A DNA stretch of 64,000 bases from Zootoca vivipara (taxonomy: Eukaryota): the NCBI RefSeq assembly GCF_963506605.1, contig NC_083291.1, positions 36,084,001 through 36,148,000 of the forward strand, written 5' to 3'. A program made the translations under genes and the position numbers. Below, piece by piece: positions 60,016 through 64,000 of this stretch (position 1 is its first letter; each line of letters starts with the position of its first letter). The notes beneath the pieces are model-generated. The model saw only the letters and a program-made list of their open reading frames with translations. It was not told the origin of the DNA and searched no databases.

Positions 60016-61789
60016 CTGCAACGCAAACAAAGGGAGCAGGAGTGTAAAGATCCCTGCAGTTCCTGATCAGCCTTCGCAAGAATCAGCCCTTCCTTAGCAA
60101 AGTGGTTTTCTTACTGTTAGGTCAGCCTCTAGTTTATGCAACAAATAATCTCTAGCAGACTTGCCATGGAATTGCACCAGTAGTGCTAAATCTTTTTTTA
60201 AATGTTTTTATGGCTATTGTGGTTTTCCCTTTTGTTCCCCCTGTGAACGATGCCATCACCTTTGGCTTGCGCAATAAAGTTTATGAATTGAATTGGTGAC
60301 TTATGATCCCATTGGGGAGGAATCTTCGTTCCATCCTATCTCCTTCCCTCTCTCTTCCACAGATGAAAAGCCCCACCCTGCTGCTGTTGCCATAGCAGCT
60401 TCTGTCTTTCATGATGTTCTGCTATGTCCCGTCTCCCCCAGGGTAAACATGAAGGTGAATTTTTCCCAGTGTTCCTCAAATGCACCCATGCTCAGTGTCA
60501 ATTCTAGTCAGCATCCCACAGTGGGAACCCATGGAACTGAGATCATAGGAACCTGTTTGCTCCTGTTACCACAGTAACCAGCAAGATTCTAACTGGCCAG
60601 AGAATGTTATGGTGCAAAAGGCAGTGCAGAGTCATGGGCAGTTGGCCTGAACTGAAGGTGCCAGGATAACAAAGATGTCTGTTAGGGGAACTGAAGTTAT
60701 GGCAAGTTGGGGGAACTGAAGTTATGGAAACTCTTGAGTTGTGAGCTGCTTTGGACAAAGTACAATGTACCTTATTCTACAAAGTGCAATGAAGGTTGAC
60801 AGTGGTTCCGAAATGATTCTGTGATTTTGAAGGCGCCTCAGACTTGATTGGCGCATCTCGTGAAAGTAATATTCAAGACTAAGTCCCATTGAAGAACACT
60901 GAATAGGCCTTAGTCGTGGCTTATCTAAACCCCATGGATGATACTGGGACTCTGGAGCGGATTGTGATTGGTGGCTTTTTAATGGAATCCCCCTTTCTCA
61001 CTTTTCTCTTATTTCCGCTTCCATGTATGTTGCCTTCTCTAAGTTGTCAAAAGATTTACTCCATTCCCCTGCTATAACAACTTTTCAAATGGCTTCTCTG
61101 TCTGCTTCATGGGACAATGAAACAGAACATCTGAACATTAAATGGCACAATTTCCTACCTGCCATGCCGACAGGAACACTGAAATAGCACGAATATAAAA
61201 CGAGCCAATGGAGAGCCGTCCTTGCACTTCTCATGGATCCAATGTCCGGTAAGAAGTGGGCAACGGAATGGCGATGGTACAAAGTTGTTTATTGGTGTCT
61301 CTACGGTAACCCTGCAGAATGTGAGGAAGGGGCTAGGAGAATATTAGAATCAGAATCAGATGATGTCATCGTGGAAGGTGGAAGAGCAGCCCAGGGGTGA
61401 GAAAAGGGTGATCAGTTCACACTACCTGGTTGACAATTCACAGGCTCCCTTCAAATTTTAAACATGGTCATCTAAATTTTCCTTGGGGGTGGTGATTTTT
61501 GAATGGAAGACCAATGTATTATTATTTTTCCTTATTAAATGCTTGCTCCACATCCTGTTAAGGTCAACACACCTCTAGCTGTGTCCCATCATGTTAAGTA
61601 TAATGGTTTAATTGACATTGAAATGGAAAATGCTTGTATGTATGTTGCCGAAGGCTTAACTGGAAAATTCCATTGGGCTATATGGAAGCTAAGAAGAGCT
61701 ATCTGAGAACTGAGAAGGGTTGATAATTAGCTGTTTATGAATATGTTCTCTGCTAGCTCTCACATGGTGAGAGATGGATTCAATTGCAA

Positions 61790-62108
61790 ATGCAGGCATC
61801 CATGACAGACGGACATCCAACCTCTGCTTAAAAACCTCCAAGGAAGGAGAGTCCGCCACCTTCCAAGATAGTTTGTTTCACTGTCAAACAGCTCTTATCA
61901 CCAGAAAGTTATTCCTGAAGTTTAGTCGGAACCTTCTTTCCTGTAACTTGAAGCCATTGGTTTGGGTCCTAGCCTCCAGAGCAGGAGAAAACAAGCTTCA
62001 GCTTCCATGTGACAGCCTTTTAGATTATTTGAAGATGGCTAGCATATCTCCAATCTACGTTTTTCCAGGCTAAACATACACAGTTCCCTCAACCATTCCT
62101 CTTAAGTT
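61790..62108 (-). mobile_element. Old CR1 3' fragment
   Basis: Reverse complement of a CR1 end (AACCTCTGCTTAAAAACCTCCAAGGAAGGAGAGTCC...). Confidence 0.75.
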
Positions 62109-62322
62109 TGGAACAAGGTGAATAGAATGAGATGTGGGACCGATTGTAAAGTCAGTGGAAAATATTAACGTTCACCCAAAGGTGAAAGGCAGACACCTTT
62201 TAATGGACAAGTGACATGACGGGTACCACAATTTATCTTCAACGCCTCCTCTTCCTGTGACATGCCATGACGTGTTATTGTTGCCACTCTTATTCATGGG
62301 GTGGGATTGCTGTAATGGTTTC

Positions 62323-62825
62323 TGTCAGGAGTATGGGCAGGAGTCAGGCTCTGGGGCCTGTAGTACTTTGTAGGACTGGGGGCTGCCTCAGCTTGTGCTG
62401 GAGAGGCAAGGAGTGACCACTCAGGTGAGGCCACTTGATACCTCACTGCGCCTGGTGGCAGGAGCTGGGAGGGATAAAAGCTCAGCATTTCCCTTCAGAT
62501 CTTGGCCACAGCAACGCTATCCTTGCCTGGTTGCATCTGGCCTCTTGATCCTTGCTCCTTGGACCCTTGCCTTGCCGACGCCTTGATCCTCGACCCTTGG
62601 ACCTTGGCCTGTCGACACCTTGCTCGTCGACCCTTGGACCTTTGCCTTGCAGACGCCTTGCTCCTTGACTCTCAGACCTTCGCCTCTGCCTTGCTCCTTG
62701 ACCCTGAGACTCCCTGCTGCTGGACCCTCAGCCCTGCACCTGTTCCTGCTTCTACACCACCATCTTGCCTCTGGTCCTGACGTCCTCAGCCAGGGCTTCA
62801 ACTGCTCGCCGACCGCACTGTGACA
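62323..62825 (+). mobile_element. Solo LTR (Gypsy-like), 503 bp
   Basis: TGTCA...TGACA termini, flanks GTTTC/GTTTG, GATAAAAG TATA-like box, internal CCTTG-rich tandem repeats. Confidence 0.7.
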
Positions 62826-63204
62826 GTTTGGCAAAAACAATGCCGTTATGTTCTTTATTTGAGGCTGCTTCTTCCTCTAGCCTTTGGGAGTGAAAACCTT
62901 GTTGCAATAAAATAAAGATCAGGCTTAATAGTCACTTTGCTTCTTGCCTGGCTGGTTTCAACTTCTGATCACTTTCTCTGACTGGCAAGCAGACCTTGTG
63001 GGATCGTGGTGAGTCCCTCGAGCAAGGGGTGGGCAGTACTGAGTGACCCCCTATTTCTTAAAACACAGGTTATATTGAAAGCCCCCCCTAAACCTTAAAA
63101 GCCCCCTGAACCCTGGAACAGACTACACACCTCTCCAAATCAGGACATTCAAAATTCCTCTTCCTAATTCAGCTTTCCCTATCAGCACTTGCCACCGTGG
63201 TCAG

Positions 63205-63830
63205 CATACCAGTGTACCAGAAGAAGCAAAGATAACCAGTGTTGAAGCAATGATTCTTCAACATCAACTTCGTTGGTCTGCTCATGTTGTTTGGATGCCT
63301 GATTATCGTCTTCCAAAGCAACTACTCTATTCCGAACTAAAAATTGGAAAGTGTAATGCTGGTGGTCAACAAAAGAGGTTTAAAGACAGCCTCAAGGCAA
63401 ATCTAAAAAAATGTAGTACCTTAGAGACCAACTAAGTTTCTCATTGGTATGAGCTTTCGTGTGCATGCACACTTCTTCATATAAAAAAAAGTAGTATAAA
63501 CACCAACAATTGGGAAACACTTGCCTGCGAGTGCTCCAATTGGAGAACAGCCTTTACCAAAGGTGTCATGGGCTTGGAAGACGCTCGAACTCAGGATGCA
63601 AGGGAGAAATGAGCTAAGAGGAAGGCATGCTTGGCAAATCCACACCGTGATCAACTCCTACCCGGGAACCAATGACCCCACTGTGGAAGGACGTGCGGAT
63701 CCAGAATTGGCCTCCACAATCACTTATGGACTAATTGTTAAAACCGCGTTTATGGAAGACAATCTTACTCAGCTATGAGTGATCACCGAAGGAGGAGGAG
63801 GAGGAGGAGGAGGAGGAGGAGGAGGGAGGA
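63205..63830 (+). mobile_element. RTE-clade LINE 3' end (not BovB) with purine triplet tail
   Basis: QLRWSAHVVWMPDYRLPKQLLYSEL..G.QKRFKDSLK; decayed terminal zinc finger PHCGRTCGSRIGLHNHL; (GGA)n tail. Confidence 0.8.
63413..63483 (-). mobile_element. Penelope terminal fragment nested in the RTE element
   Basis: Reverse complement of the 8228/12656 motif; hammerhead core reads ATGAAGA instead of CTGAAGA. Confidence 0.75.
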
Positions 63831-64000
63831 GGCACGGGTTGAGGGGAGTTGCAGTTCAGAGCCCCCAGGGGCCACCAGGTTGAGGGAAGCTGCACCAATT
63901 CAATATTAATGCATTCATCTTTGCCCTCCCTTCCCCACACTAAAAGCGGATGGAGACTGCAATTTGAAGTGGACCGCTCACTACATTGCCCTCATATTGA

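Noticed and set aside
60293-61450. First exon and CRE-like TGATGTCA promoter for the C2orf78-like gene
   Set aside because: No ATG-containing exon with a convincing phase-1 donor could be identified by eye

Overview
Eukaryotic DNA from a squamate reptile, probably a lacertid lizard (inferred from Sauria and Squam3-like SINEs, BovB, CR1, L2, L1, RTE, Penelope and hAT/Tigger MITEs). The core (about 10-52 kb) is a class II olfactory receptor (OR) cluster with six intact single-exon OR CDSs and one truncated OR. It is built largely from inverted duplications: a ~2-kb head-to-head pair (19.3-21.2 / 24.9-27.0 kb) and a ~7-kb tail-to-tail pair (27.1-33.8 / 44.6-51.9 kb). The large arms carry independent TE insertions, yet contain identical patches of dead repeat DNA, while their receptor CDSs differ at ~23 residues; this suggests arm-to-arm gene conversion that spares the receptor. 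Two multi-exon genes that the ORF track misses or only partly shows flank the cluster: the 3' exons of ZGLP1 (GATA-like zinc finger, + strand, 2.5-5.6 kb) and a C2orf78/DUF4629-like gene (- strand, 55.8-60.0 kb). Penelope fragments supply one intact minimal hammerhead ribozyme (12656-12693) and two damaged copies. An assembly gap lies at 38330-38466. All alignments were made by eye; repeat boundaries are approximate unless a TSD is given.
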